From a virus (Duplodnaviria > Caudoviricetes): a stretch of 64,000 nt of DNA. The notes under the pieces were generated by a model. It had not been told where the DNA came from. It worked only from the letters and a program-made list of their open reading frames with translations, and searched no databases. Shown one piece after another: positions 1 to 11,169 of the stretch (within the stretch, counting starts at the first letter, position 1; the number at the start of each line of letters is the position of its first letter). Location of the stretch: the IMG/VR virus record IMGVR_UViG_3300022602_000027; one strand, written 5' to 3'. Made by a program: the position numbers and the translations under genes.

Positions 1-3000
1 GACAATACAGATATTTTCAACGATGTTATATATAATCCACCAAGCGGATATCGCAGAGAGCGTATTAAAGTTTCAGGTTATGTAACTGAAGGATGGTACG
101 GCGGATTAGATATTCCTGGATTTATATATGATGGTGCTAAAGTACAAAATTGGCAACCATGGCAAGATTATAACATGGCTGATATTATTTCCTATCAAGG
201 AAATTATTATAGCGCCAATAAATTTATAGCAGGTGCGTCAGTGTTTAACTCTGTGGAATGGTTAAGATTAAAAAATCAACCAACTGCACAGCTATTACCT
301 AACTGGACAAATACTGCTACACAATTTATAGATTTTTACGGCCTTGACATTGATAATTTTAATATTCAGCAACAGCAGTTTGCTCAACACTTAATTGGTT
401 ATCAAACACGTCAATACTTAGACAATATTATTCAAGACCCAGTTAGCGAATTTAAATTCTTCCAAGGAATGATTCGTGATAAAGGTACACAGAATGTATT
501 GAATCATTTGTTTAATGTATTGAGCAATGACGGAACAGAAAGTCTAACTTTCTATGAAGAGTGGGCTATCCGTGTTGGACAATATGGTGCGGCAAAAGCG
601 TTTGAAAATTTTGAAGTTGTTATTGATCAAAATGAATATAAAAATAATCCTCAAGGATATTATCTAACTACTAGAAAAAATAATAAAGTTAGTACTGTTA
701 TTAATCAATTAACTCCTAATGAAATTTATGTTAAACCTTTAGGGTATGATAATCAACCATTCCCTGTATTAGAAAATCCTGATCCAGTCTTGCGTAGTGC
801 AGGATATGTAAACCCTATTGATGTGACATTTAAACTAGGATATATTTCAGATATACTTAATTATGATGTATCTTTATTAGGTAATGGTCAATATGTTTGG
901 ACTGCATTTAGCGAAAACACATGGAATATCTACAGATTTACAGATTTGCAAATCCGTGTACTTAATGTAAGTTACTCAACTGACACTAAAACATTAACTT
1001 TGACTACACAAAATCTAATAGTTCTAAAAGCTGGAGATTATATTGGATTAGATCAAGTAGCAAGTATTAAAGGATTTTATAAAGTAGCAAGTGTTTCTTT
1101 AAATTCATTTACAGTAGTAACACCAACTGCAATAACAATTCCGTCTCCATTTACAAATACAAGTGAAGTAGTCGTTTATGTATTAACTACTCAACGCACT
1201 AGTTCTATGGATACATTAGACAAGTTATTGTTATCACATTTAAAACCTAAAACTTTAATATGGACAGATGATGACGGTAGCGGAAAGTGGGCAGTATGGC
1301 AATACAATTCTGTTTATGCCACACAAAATATTCCAAATGCAACACCGTCTACTAACTTTAATTTTGGTTCTAGTTTGTCAATTAACACACAAGGGTCTAT
1401 ATTAGCAGTTAGCAATAGTCAAGGCACGGTATCTATTTTTGATAAAGTGGGTCGTTCAGTTAAATGGGAAGCAAGAGGACATTTGTTAGAGCCTTTTATA
1501 TCAAAGAACGGCATAGTAAATGCTGATCAAGTTGCTACAGTAACCGCAATAAGTGCGGATGGAACATGGTTAGTAACTGGTAGTCCTAATGCTGGCTATG
1601 CAAGAACAAATTATAAAGGCGTTTACAATTCTAGCTCAACATACGCTATTAATAGTGTTGTGGCTGTACAAAATTCTACAAATAATTATTCTTACTATCA
1701 AGCATACCGAGCAGTTCCTATTAACACTCCAACAACTAATACTACTTACTGGTATGCAGTACCTTATGTTGATGTAAATCAAGTACAAGGATCTGATTCA
1801 AGTTTAGCAAATCAAGGTGTAATTAGCATCTACTTAAAAGATTTAGATAACAATTATAATTTAGTTGATACTATTATAAGTCCTTTGCCAAGCGCAAATG
1901 AACAATTTGGATCTAGTCTTATTTTTGGTAACAATACCTTGTATGTTGGTGCTGTGGGTTATAATAATGGCGCAGGTCGAGTATACAAATTATCATACTC
2001 TAGTACAGTGCGTGTTGAAACACAATACAATCCTGTAGGCAGTATTAACAGTACACTAGCAGTTACATCAACTAACGGAATTCGAGTTGGAATGATTGTT
2101 AGCGGTGTTGGGTTTACTAGCGGACAAACAGTGGATGCGGTGTTAAGTGAGACTACATTAGAACTAAGTGGAACACCTGACACTGGAGTTATACCTTCAG
2201 GTATGCTTCAATTTATAACAAATAGTTGGGCATATGACTGGACAGAAAATTATGTTGGTACTGGTACAAATGCATTAGGATCTAATTTATCAATAAGTTC
2301 AGATGCTAGCACACTTGCTATTACTGCCGTTGGCACTGCTCACATTTATAAAAATACTGGTAATGGTTTAGAAGAAATACAAGTATTAACTGGAAGCGAT
2401 GCATATTTTGGAAAAGCTATTGCAATATCACCGGACGGCACATACATTGCCGCATCTGACGACACATCAGGTAATGTAAGCCAACAAGGTAATGTTACAG
2501 TTTATCAATATAGCAATGGTACATACACTTCGTCACAAACTTTAGTTAATCATCAACCTGAAACAAACGGTTTGTTTGGTAATAAGATAGCGTTTATGGA
2601 TGATACTACTATTGTCGTTTATAGTAAAAATGGCGATAGCACTATTACAACTACATTTGATAATGATACTACTACATTTGATAAGAGCTCTACTAATTTC
2701 TTAACAGTAGAAGTTAATAGTGGGCGTGTAGATATATATGACAAATATCACAATGTTTGGGTATTCAGTGAAAGTTTAGAATCAGAAAATCTTCCTAGCG
2801 ATGGTTACGGAACAGGATTTGCAGTAGGTGCTAACCAAGTAATTGTTAGCGCACCTAATGCATCTGATCAAAGTCTTGCATCAGGACAAGTTTATAGTTA
2901 TGGAAAACAGAATGACACATATTCTTGGTCAATCTATGAACAGCAAGATGTAGTACCTGATGTTAATAAAATTAGAAAAGCATTCTTGTATGATCAAACA

Positions 3001-6000
3001 TTAGGAAAACTAGTAACATATCTTGATATTGTTGATCCTCTACAAGGAAAGATTCCAGGACCTGCACAAGAAGAAATTACATATCAAACATTCTATGATC
3101 CAGCAAGTTACTCGTACAGCGACGGCACTGCTGGTGTTGTTCTAAATACAAATGAATTCTGGGCAGATATACCTGTTGGACAATTATGGTGGGATTTAAG
3201 AACTACCAAGTTCTTAGAAAATAATTTTAATGATCCATCTTATAGAAACAGTGCTTGGAATACACTAGCAGAAGGCGCAAGCGTTGATATTTACGAATGG
3301 GTTTCAACTAACTTATTGCCATCTAATTGGGATAATTTAGCAGACACTCCGTCAGGAATTGCTATCGGTATCAGCGGAACAAGTTTATATGGTAATTCAG
3401 CTTACAGCGTAACACAAGTATACGATAACATTAGTAAAACATTTAGAAATACATATTATTTCTGGGTTAAAAATAGAAAAATAGTTCCAGCATCAACTAG
3501 CGGTAGAAACATGGCCGCAAATGATGTTTCACTATTAATTGCTAATCCACGAGCACAAGGTTATACATGTTTAGCGATTACAGGAGTTGATACATTTAGT
3601 TTAGTAAATGCCGCTGGATATTTAAAAGGTACTGAAGTTATTCTTGCTATTGAATACTGGGTAATCGATAAAACAGATCAAAATGTTCACAGCCAATGGA
3701 AATTAATCAGTAATGATACACTTGTTAACCTTCCAGCTGTTATTGAACAAAAATGGTTTGATAGTTTATGCGGTATTGACGAAGGCGGTCGTTCAGTGCC
3801 AGATCCAACTTTACCTATTAAATTACGTTACGGTATTGAAAATCGTCCTCGCCAGAGTATGTTTGTGAACCGTATTGAGGCATTAAAAGAATTTATTGAA
3901 AGTGTTAATACAACATTAAGCACATATCAAACTACAGAATTGAAAGATATTAGTTCTTTAGAATCTTATGATCCTATCCCTAATCCAATATATGGATTAT
4001 ATGATAAGATTGTTGATACTTATGAAGAATTAGGATTTGCAAGTATTGGTTATTTCTCAGTACCGGTACTAACACCAATTATTACTAATGGTAGCATTAC
4101 TGGAATTACGGTAATTAATTCAGGCAAAGGATATGTTTATGCTCCTTACGTTACTATTATTGGATCAGGTGAAGGTGCAGTAGTACGTACAACAATCAAT
4201 GCGTTAGGTGAAATTACAGGTGCAACTATTATCAATGGCGGTACTGGATATAATAGCGGTACACAATGCTCAGTTCGTAGTTACTCTGTGCTAGTAAACA
4301 GTGACAGTACTTCATCTGACACATGGAGCATTTATTCTTATAATACCATTAGTAAACAATATTCTAAAGTATTAACACAAGGTTACGATGTTAGAAAATA
4401 TTGGTCTTATATGGACTGGTATGAAACAGGATTCAGTCAGTTTAGTGCTCCTGATATTACTGTTAACAATTTTGTTGATTTGAATACTACACAAGATATA
4501 TTCTTTAATCAAGCACGAAATAACACTATTGGTAATGGACAATTAGTTAAAGTATTAAATGGAAATGCAAACAAGTGGGTATTGTTGTATAGATACTCTT
4601 CAGTTGTTTCTGTAGACTGGACACAAAGCTATCGCGTAGTAGGAATTCAAGACGGAACAATTCAATTTAATACTAACTTGTATGAGTTTGCAGGAACTGA
4701 TATTGGTTACGACTCTAGCATTTTTAATACATCAAACTTTGACGTTCAAGCTAGTGCTGAATTACGAATTATACTTAACACTATAAAAAATAATATTTTA
4801 ATAAACGATCTAAAACAAAATTATTTAGATTTATTCTTAAACGGTTTAAGATATGCGCACAGCGAACAGCCGTTTATTGACTGGGCGTTCAAAACTAGTT
4901 TTGTCCGTGCTACTCATAATGTTGGACAATTATCCCAACCAGTTAACTATCCTGTTGATAATTTAAGTAATTTCCAAGATTATGTTGCAGAAGTTAAACC
5001 TTATAGAACTAAAATTAGAGAATATGTAAGTCAATATACTAGCATTGATACTAATCAATCAGCAGTAACAGACTTTGACTTACAACCTAATTATTCAAAT
5101 ACAAAAATTAAACCAGTTGAGACAACATTTATTAACAACAGTATTAGTGTTGTAGATCCAACAATACAAAATTATCCTTGGAAGTTTTGGTTAGACAATG
5201 TTGGTTTTAGCATTATTGAAATTAAAATCGTCAGTGGTGGTAGCGGCTATGCTAGTGCTCCAGTAGTAATTATTGATCAGCCAACTGGTGCAAATTCTGT
5301 TCCAGCTACGGCTAAAGCATTTATTACTAACGGAGTAGTTAATAGAATATTATTAACAAACATTGATACATACGGTCGTGCTGGTAGCGGATACCTAAGT
5401 GCGCCGAGCGTAACGCTTTATGGTGGATTAGATAAAGGCGGAGTAGCAGCCAAAGCAGTTGCAATTATTGGAAATAGCGTTGTACGTTCAACATCAACTG
5501 AGTTGCGTTTTGACCGTGTTAACCAAACTTATTACCTAGCAAACTTGCAACAAGTTGATTCATTTACTGGTACTGGTTCTAAACTACAGTATGTGTTAAC
5601 TTGGGCACCAGACATTCGTGCAGGAGAATCTAGTGTTACAGTTAACGGTATTCCTGTTTTAAGAGAATTGTATGCGTTGTCAGTAGTAAGCTCAACTGCA
5701 TCTGGATATACACAATATACAGGTAAAATTACGTTTGCCTCAGCTCCGGCAACTGGATCAACAATAGTTGTCAAATACAATAAAGCACCGTCAGTATTAA
5801 CAGCGGTCGATCGTATTCAATACTATTATAATCCAGCATCTGGACAGTTAGGAAAAGATTTAGGACAGTTAATGACTGGAGTTGATTACGGCGGTGTTGT
5901 AGTCAGCGGTTTAGGTTTTGATGTAGCCGGCGGATGGGGTTCTGCTCCGTACTTAACAGATGCATGGGATAGTAGACCTGCAACATTTAAAGATTATTCT

Positions 6001-9000
6001 GTACAAGTTACAGGTAATACTCACGTGTTTACGTTGCCATATACACCTGCTAATGGAACAGCGATCAACATTTATTTCTCAAGATTGATAACAACTTCTT
6101 ACGTATCCGACGGAGTTTCGTTGCAATATGCTTACGATTTATCTTTATTAGATGTATCCGTTAATGTTGTAACAGTTACTCAAACAACAGCAATTACCGC
6201 AACTTATGTTCCAAGTCAAATTGTTAACGGTATAACATTTATTAGTAGCGGCTATACATTAGTAGTATCGGATACTACTGGAATTGTTCCAGGAATGATT
6301 GTAAGTGGAACTGGTTTTTCTAGAAGACAAAAAGTTGTAAATGTAGTTAACTCAACAACATTAACTATTGATAACGTAGCAGATACTGCTCCGAGCGGAT
6401 TAATAACATTCTCTAACTTAGCAGGCGGATTTGTTTTAACTGTGTCTGATACTACTGGATTAGCAGTTGGCGATGTTGTGACAGCCTCAACTGCTCACGG
6501 AACAATTTTTGCATACGGTACTACTGTGACAGCAGTTAATTCTTCAACGTCTGTTACTTTAAATCAAGTACTTTATTCAACAATAACTCCAGGAACAAAT
6601 ATAAACTTTACTAAAAATTTAGTAGAACCAACAGACGTAGTTATTAATGCATCTGGAACTATTCAATTATTAGAAGCATACGCTTCTGGAAGTACAATTA
6701 ATATTATTGGACAAAAACCACCAGTAAGATTAGACGATCCTTATTATGGAATGTCCGCCACACAAAACTGGGCTACTGGCACTGTGTATGCAGTTAATGA
6801 TCTTGTTCTTTACAATAGTATTTCTTATATTTGTAAGACTGCACACACTGCCGCTTCTTCATGGAGTATAGATTTTGCTCAAGGATATTGGAAATTAATT
6901 AACACTAATGCTATTATTCCTACTCCGGTTATTGGCGTTAGTGTAATTACAAACGTAGTTGAAGGTGGCGCTGGTGGCGCAACATTGACAATTTCATCAT
7001 ATAGTGGAGTAGACGACGGGGGTTCAGCATCAACGGTTGAATCATCAATTATTGATGGAGGAATTATTGATGACTCTCCAACTAATGTAATTGAAATCCC
7101 TGCAACATTTACAGTATTACCAGGAGATGAATTTATTTTAAGAGAATCTACTAGCGACGGTTCTATTTCAACCCCTGATGCAAATTACGATACATCAATG
7201 GATGGCGGAAATTTAACTTATTCAACTGCTACAGGTATTGCCGCAGATGACATAGTTGTTGATGGAGATGGATTTGTAACCCCAACTTCAAGTCCAGCAC
7301 CGGAAGAAGTTGTTCCAGGACAAGTTGTTGATGCATTATCTATTAAAGTTTATGATAAATCACAAGCAGGTTCTGCCGCTATAAAAGTAAACTCACAGAT
7401 TACAGACGGTATTACTAATACATACAGCATTGGGCAAACTCCTAATAGTCCTCGAGCATTAATTGTAAAATTAGGTAATAATATTCAAACGTACGGAACC
7501 GACTACTCAATAGATTATACAAACGGAACAGTAACATTTACTCCGTCTGGAAATAGTATTCTTTCAACAGGACAGTTGGTAACAATTTTTAGTGTTGGAT
7601 TCAACGGTACTAATATTTTAGATTTAGATTATTTTGTTGGTGACGGTGTTACAACAGAATTTATAACTCGAGCACCATGGATTACTCCTGTTACTAGTTT
7701 AATATATGTTGACGGAATTTCAACTCCTGCAAATTTATTTAAAACTGATAGTACATACACATTTACTAATGCTATTGGAATTAGATTTATAACACCACCT
7801 GCTGTAGGAAAATTAATTAATTTTATTATTGTTAGCGGCAATCAACAAACATTTGCAACTACAAAAACTGAAAGAATTACCGCAACAGGCTCATCAACAT
7901 ATACTTTAACATATCCTATTGGAATAACTTTACCAAACGAAAGCAATATGATTGTAAGAGTTAACCAACAAATATTAAGTGCTCCTGTTAATAATTATTT
8001 TACTATCGGTAATGATCAGTTAACTTATACATTAGATCCAAGTAAGGCACTTCCGTATTCTACAACAGTTGATAATGTTTTAGTTTATGCAGAAGGTAGT
8101 ACATTAACTTTTGGATCAGATTATACTGTTGACCCAGCTGGTATTTCAGTAACAATTAACCAAAACATATACGCAGAATACGAAGGTAAATCATTAATTG
8201 TTAGTATCATTACAAATGAAGGTTACACATACAATCCAATCAGCAGTCAGATTACATTTGCGCAAGGATCTGTTCCTTCAAACGGCGATGTTGTTGAAAT
8301 AATTAGTAACTACTTGCAAGATATTTTAGATATAGAACGCACAGAAGTACAGTATTCATCTACATTTACTTTAACACCTGGAACAATTGAATTCTTCAAA
8401 TACAATGCTCTTGGTGGCGGATTAATTCAATTAGACAGACCTGTAATTAATGCCGACTATGTTTGGGTAATTAAAAATAAAACTTTATTAAGTTCTGGTA
8501 CTGATTATAAACTTAATGAAGATTTACAAAGTTTACGTTTAGCAAAACCTTTAAGAAGCTCAGATGTTTTAGAGTTAATAACTTTTGGTAGCAACATTTT
8601 ACCTTCAGCTGGTATTTCATATATGCAGTTTAAGGATATGCTAAACAGAGTAAGATATATTCGATTAAATGCAAATAAGCAAACTACACTAGTGCAAGAT
8701 TTAAAATGGAATGACACACAAATTGTAGTAAATGATGCAAGTCAACTTGATCAACCAAATGCAGCCGCAAACAGACCGGGTGTAATTGAAATACGTGGCG
8801 AGCGCATTGAATATTTTAATGTTAACGGAAATGTTTTAAGTCAATTACGTCGAGGTACATTAGGAACAGGAGTTTACAATTTAAATAAATCTGGATCATA
8901 CGTACAAGGAATTGGTGCAAGTGAATATATTCCTTACACCGATACTACAGTAACTGAAACAGTTAAATCGTCAGGACAAGGAGTTCCGCGAACAACTGGA

Positions 9001-11121
9001 ACAGTATTGTCTACAACATCAAGCGTTGCAGAACCAATTGCCAACTTTGGTATAACAACTACATCTGGACAACTATCTGTATCGACTGGACAATATTATG
9101 TAGGTCAAGTGATTACTATAAGTGGTCAACCTGTACACAGTACACTCAATGGTGTAGTTTCTTTAGGCACTAATGGACAATTTAGTTGTTTGCCAACAAC
9201 TGTTACATTAGCATCTGGACAATCTGTAATTATTAACAATTCAACGGCTAATGCTCCAATTATTGGTCTAGCAATTACAGGAACATCAGGTCAATTTAGT
9301 TGTTCTTCAAGTCCAGTGCCATTAGTAGTAGGACAGCAAGTAACTTTAATAGGCTTAGTTACTGTTTCTCGATTCTTGTCTGGAGTTACCATTAACAACA
9401 CAAGTGGATTGTTCCAATGTACATATTCAAATACATTATTACAAGTGGGACAAACTGTAACTGTTACTGGAACATTTGGCGGTGGTGGCGGAATCTTAGG
9501 GTACACAAGTGGTACAACTTATACTATTAGTGCAACTGATGGACATAGCAATTTCACCTTAATTACATCACCTACAACATTTACAGCAGTTTCTGCTACT
9601 AATATTATTGGTACAGGATCAGGCGCAGTGTTCAATGTGTATGCGGCAAATAGAGGATATAAAGTTACGATAGCATCAGCTGGTACAGGCTATGCTGTTG
9701 GCAACACTATGAAAATTTTAGGTGGCGCATTAGGTGGCACTAATGTAACTAATGATTTGCTTATTTCAGTTGCTGGAGTATCTAATGGCACTATTACAGC
9801 TATTTCTGTTAGCGGTGTTTCAAATTACGGTGATCCGTTGATCACAACCTCCGGAGTTCCAACAGGAGTTACTTGGCAACTAGTGGCAGGATCTGGAAGT
9901 ATTCAAAATTATGTTTCTCCAGAAACATATAAAATATCAGCAACTAATGGGTCATCTACATTTACATTAACAACTCTTGATAATCAACCTTTGGTTACTA
10001 CAGTTGGTACTCCTGCGGATGGTATAGTAATAGATACTGGATTAAATGTATCGTTGAATCCTGGATCAATTACTGGATATGTTGGAAATCAACAAAGATA
10101 TTACATTATTGCTACTAATGGTTCAACACAATTTACATTATCTGCAACTTACAACGGTAGCGCAGTTACAACTACATTGGGTTCAATGTATGGACAGCAA
10201 TACTCTGTTAGTGCCGCAACTATAAACAACTATTCTAATCCAAAGAATTATTATGTTGTTGCTACAAATGGAACATCTACGATGACATTGTCTGAAACGC
10301 TTGGAGGACCTCCTGTTACAACTACAATTGGTACACCAAGTGGATTAATAGCCAGTGTGCCTAACAGTATAATAACAGTAAGTGATAATAGCGGTTTAGT
10401 TGCATTACAAAAATTTGTAGTTACAGGTGCAGGTGGTGGTGGATTAACTGCTGGAACTTATTACATAGTTAATCCGTCAGTTGGTACTAATCAAATCACT
10501 TTAGCTACATCATTATCTTTAGCAGAAGCCGGTAAACCAATTGGCACACTAACTACTGCTACATTATCAAACACATCGTTTACATCGGGTGGGCAAGATA
10601 TTAGTATTGGATTTGTGCCAGCAAACGCTGATCAAATTGAAGTGTTTGTTGGAGGTTACGATAATGTATCATGGTCCCCAGACACTGCGTATAAGGTAGG
10701 AACTATTGTGTCAGTGGGCGCATATACTTATAGATGTTCAACTGCACACACAAGTTCATCATCGTTTGGTAATGATTTGTCTAACTGGTATTTCTTTGTA
10801 GAAAATATTCGATTAAGAAAATCAGCATACAGTGTGTTTAACATTAACAAAGCACCATATAGCCCTGCCGGCGATGTAAATTTTGCCGAAGACTTTATTG
10901 TCGACGGAACAACTTCGATTATAACTTTAACAAATCCGCTGTCCCTTGGCACACAAGTAACAGTAGTTAAGAGATCAGGAATAGCATGGGACGGTAACAA
11001 ATCCGGAACAACAGTTAATCAAACAGTTGCGCCATCAGTTAATATCTTAAATGATAGTTCCGCTATTGCTAACTTTATCAGAGCAGAACTTGGAATTTGG
11101 TACACGGACTACAAGAGTTAA
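1..11121 (+). CDS. Giant virion structural protein (baseplate wedge/fibre-like adhesin), 5'-truncated, at least 3706 aa
   Basis: Frame is open from base 1 (DNTDIFNDVIYNPPSGYRRERIKV...) into the 3648-aa ORF. Contains FG-GAP-like propeller repeats (FGSSLSI, FGSSLIFG, FGKAIAISPDG, YGTGFAVG), GxGY...P.V.I...G.GA fibre repeats, three CBM5/12-like W/Y...Y.V.D.V.Y...Y.C...H modules and Thr/Ser/Gly-rich beta repeats. Confidence 0.8.
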   Translation, partial: DNTDIFNDVIYNPPSGYRRERIKVSGYVTEGWYGGLDIPGFIYDGAKVQNWQPWQDYNMADIISYQGNYYSANKFIAGASVFNSVEWLRLKNQPTAQLLPNWTNTATQFIDFYGLDIDNFNIQQQQFAQHLIGYQTRQYLDNIIQDPVSEFKFFQGMIRDKGTQNVLNHLFNVLSNDGTESLTFYEEWAIRVGQYGAAKAFENFEVVIDQNEYKNNPQGYYLTTRKNNKVSTVINQLTPNEIYVKPLGYDNQPFPVLENPDPVLRSAGYVNPIDVTFKLGYISDILNYDVSLLGNGQYVWTAFSENTWNIYRFTDLQIRVLNVSYSTDTKTLTLTTQNLIVLKAGDYIGLDQVASIKGFYKVASVSLNSFTVVTPTAITIPSPFTNTSEVVVYVLTTQRTSSMDTLDKLLLSHLKPKTLIWTDDDGSGKWAVWQYNSVYATQNIPNATPSTNFNFGSSLSINTQGSILAVSNSQGTVSIFDKVGRSVKWEARGHLLEPFISKNGIVNADQVATVTAISADGTWLVTGSPNAGYARTNYKGVYNSSSTYAINSVVAVQNSTNNYSYYQAYRAVPINTPTTNTTYWYAVPYVDVNQVQGSDSSLANQGVISIYLKDLDNNYNLVDTIISPLPSANEQFGSSLIFGNNTLYVGAVGYNNGAGRVYKLSYSSTVRVETQYNPVGSINSTLAVTSTNGIRVGMIVSGVGFTSGQTVDAVLSETTLELSGTPDTGVIPSGMLQFITNSWAYDWTENYVGTGTNALGSNLSISSDASTLAITAVGTAHIYKNTGNGLEEIQVLTGSDAYFGKAIAISPDGTYIAASDDTSGNVSQQGNVTVYQYSNGTYTSSQTLVNHQPETNGLFGNKIAFMDDTTIVVYSKNGDSTITTTFDNDTTTFDKSSTNFLTVEVNSGRVDIYDKYHNVWVFSESLESENLPSDGYGTGFAVGANQVIVSAPNASDQSLASGQVYSYGKQNDTYSWSIYEQQDVVPDVNKIRKAFLYDQTLGKLVTYLDIVDPLQGKIPGPAQEEITYQTFYDPASYSYSDGTAGVVLNTNEFWADIPVGQLWWDLRTTKFLENNFNDPSYRNSAWNTLAEGASVDIYEWVSTNLLPSNWDNLADTPSGIAIGISGTSLYGNSAYSVTQVYDNISKTFRNTYYFWVKNRKIVPASTSGRNMAANDVSLLIANPRAQGYTCLAITGVDTFSLVNAAGYLKGTEVILAIEYWVIDKTDQNVHSQWKLISNDTLVNLPAVIEQKWFDSLCGIDEGGRSVPDPTLPIKLRYGIENRPRQSMFVNRIEALKEFIESVNTTLSTYQTTELKDISSLESYDPIPNPIYGLYDKIVDTYEELGFASIGYFSVPVLTPIITNGSITGITVINSGKGYVYAPYVTIIGSGEGAVVRTTINALGEITGATIINGGTGYNSGTQCSVRSYSVLVNSDSTSSDTWSIYSYNTISKQYSKVLTQGYDVRKYWSYMDWYETGFSQFSAPDITVNNFVDLNTTQDIFFNQARNNTIGNGQLVKVLNGNANKWVLLYRYSSVVSVDWTQSYRVVGIQDGTIQFNTNLYEFAGTDIGYDSSIFNTSNFDVQASAELRIILNTIKNNILINDLKQNYLDLFLNGLRYAHSEQPFIDWAFKTSFVRATHNVGQLSQPVNYPVDNLSNFQDYVAEVKPYRTKIREYVSQYTSIDTNQSAVTDFDLQPNYSNTKIKPVETTFINNSISVVDPTIQNYPWKFWLDNVGFSIIEIKIVSGGSGYASAPVVIIDQPTGANSVPATAKAFITNGVVNRILLTNIDTYGRAGSGYLSAPSVTLYGGLDKGGVAAKAVAIIGNSVVRSTSTELRFDRVNQTYYLANLQQVDSFTGTGSKLQYVLTWAPDIRAGESSVTVNGIPVLRELYALSVVSSTASGYTQYTGKITFASAPATGSTIVVKYNKAPSVLTAVDRIQYYYNPASGQLGKDLGQLMTGVDYGGVVVSGLGFDVAGGWGSAPYLTDAWDSRPATFKDYSVQVTGNTHVFTLPYTPANGTAINIYFSRLITTSYVSDGVSLQYAYDLSLLDVSVNVVTVTQTTAITATYVPSQIVNGITFISSGYTLVVSDTTGIVPGMIVSGTGFSRRQKVVNVVNSTTLTIDNVADTAPSGLITFSNLAGGFVLTVSDTTGLAVGDVVTASTAHGTIFAYGTTVTAVNSSTSVTLNQVLYSTITPGTNINFTKNLVEPTDVVINASGTIQLLEAYASGSTINIIGQKPPVRLDDPYYGMSATQNWATGTVYAVNDLVLYNSISYICKTAHTAASSWSIDFAQGYWKLINTNAIIPTPVIGVSVITNVVEGGAGGATLTISSYSGVDDGGSASTVESSIIDGGIIDDSPTNVIEIPATFTVLPGDEFILRESTSDGSISTPDANYDTSMDGGNLTYSTATGIAADDIVVDGDGFVTPTSSPAPEEVVPGQVVDALSIKVYDKSQAGSAAIKVNSQITDGITNTYSIGQTPNSPRALIVKLGNNIQTYGTDYSIDYTNGTVTFTPSGNSILSTGQLVTIFSVGFNGTNILDLDYFVGDGVTTEFITRAPWITPVTSLIYVDGISTPANLFKTDSTYTFTNAIGIRFITPPAVGKLINFIIVSGNQQTFATTKTERITATGSSTYTLTYPIGITLPNESNMIVRVNQQILSAPVNNYFTIGNDQLTYTLDPSKALPYSTTVDNVLVYAEGSTLTFGSDYTVDPAGISVTINQNIYAEYEGKSLIVSIITNEGYTYNPISSQITFAQGSVPSNGDVVEIISNYLQDILDIERTEVQYSSTFTLTPGTIEFFKYNALGGGLIQLDRPVINADYVWVIKNKTLLSSGTDYKLNEDLQSLRLAKPLRSSDVLELITFGSNILPSAGISYMQFKDMLNRVRYIRLNANKQTTLVQDLKWNDTQIVVNDASQLDQPNAAANRPGVIEIRGERIEYFNVNGNVLSQLRRGTLGTGVYNLNKSGSYVQGIGASEYIPYTDTTVTETVKSSGQGVPRTTGTVLSTTSSVAEPIANFGITTTSGQLSVSTGQYYVGQVITISGQPVHSTLNGVVSLGTNGQFSCLPTTVTLASGQSVIINNSTANAPIIGLAITGTSGQFSCSSSPVPLVVGQQVTLIGLVTVSRFLSGVTINNTSGLFQCTYSNTLLQVGQTVTVTGTFGGGGGILGYTSGTTYTISATDGHSNFTLITSPTTFTAVSATNIIGTGSGAVFNVYAANRGYKVTIASAGTGYAVGNTMKILGGALGGTNVTNDLLISVAGVSNGTITAISVSGVSNYGDPLITTSGVPTGVTWQLVAGSGSIQNYVSPETYKISATNGSSTFTLTTLDNQPLVTTVGTPADGIVIDTGLNVSLNPGSITGYVGNQQRYYIIATNGSTQFTLSATYNGSAVTTTLGSMYGQQYSVSAATINNYSNPKNYYVVATNGTSTMTLSETLGGPPVTTTIGTPSGLIASVPNSIITVSDNSGLVALQKFVVTGAGGGGLTAGTYYIVNPSVGTNQITLATSLSLAEAGKPIGTLTTATLSNTSFTSGGQDISIGFVPANADQIEVFVGGYDNVSWSPDTAYKVGTIVSVGAYTYRCSTAHTSSSSFGNDLSNWYFFVENIRLRKSAYSVFNINKAPYSPAGDVNFAEDFIVDGTTSIITLTNPLSLGTQVTVVKRSGIAWDGNKSGTTVNQTVAPSVNILNDSSAIANFIRAELGIWYTDYKS

Positions 11122-11131
11122 AATAGCACAT

Positions 11132-11149
11132 TATAAATATTGATAAATA
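11132..11149 (+). promoter_or_regulatory. T4-type late promoter(s): TATAAATA (11132-11139) and GATAAATA (11142-11149)
   Basis: Matches the T4 late consensus TATAAATA, 20-30 nt upstream of a structural gene. The same motif recurs before other structural genes. Confidence 0.75.
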
Positions 11150-11169
11150 TAACATAAAGAGAGATTAGT

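Noticed and set aside
2641-2700. TTFD short duplication and DGG acidic motifs in the giant protein
   Set aside because: These are common low-complexity features of such structural proteins, with no further signal.
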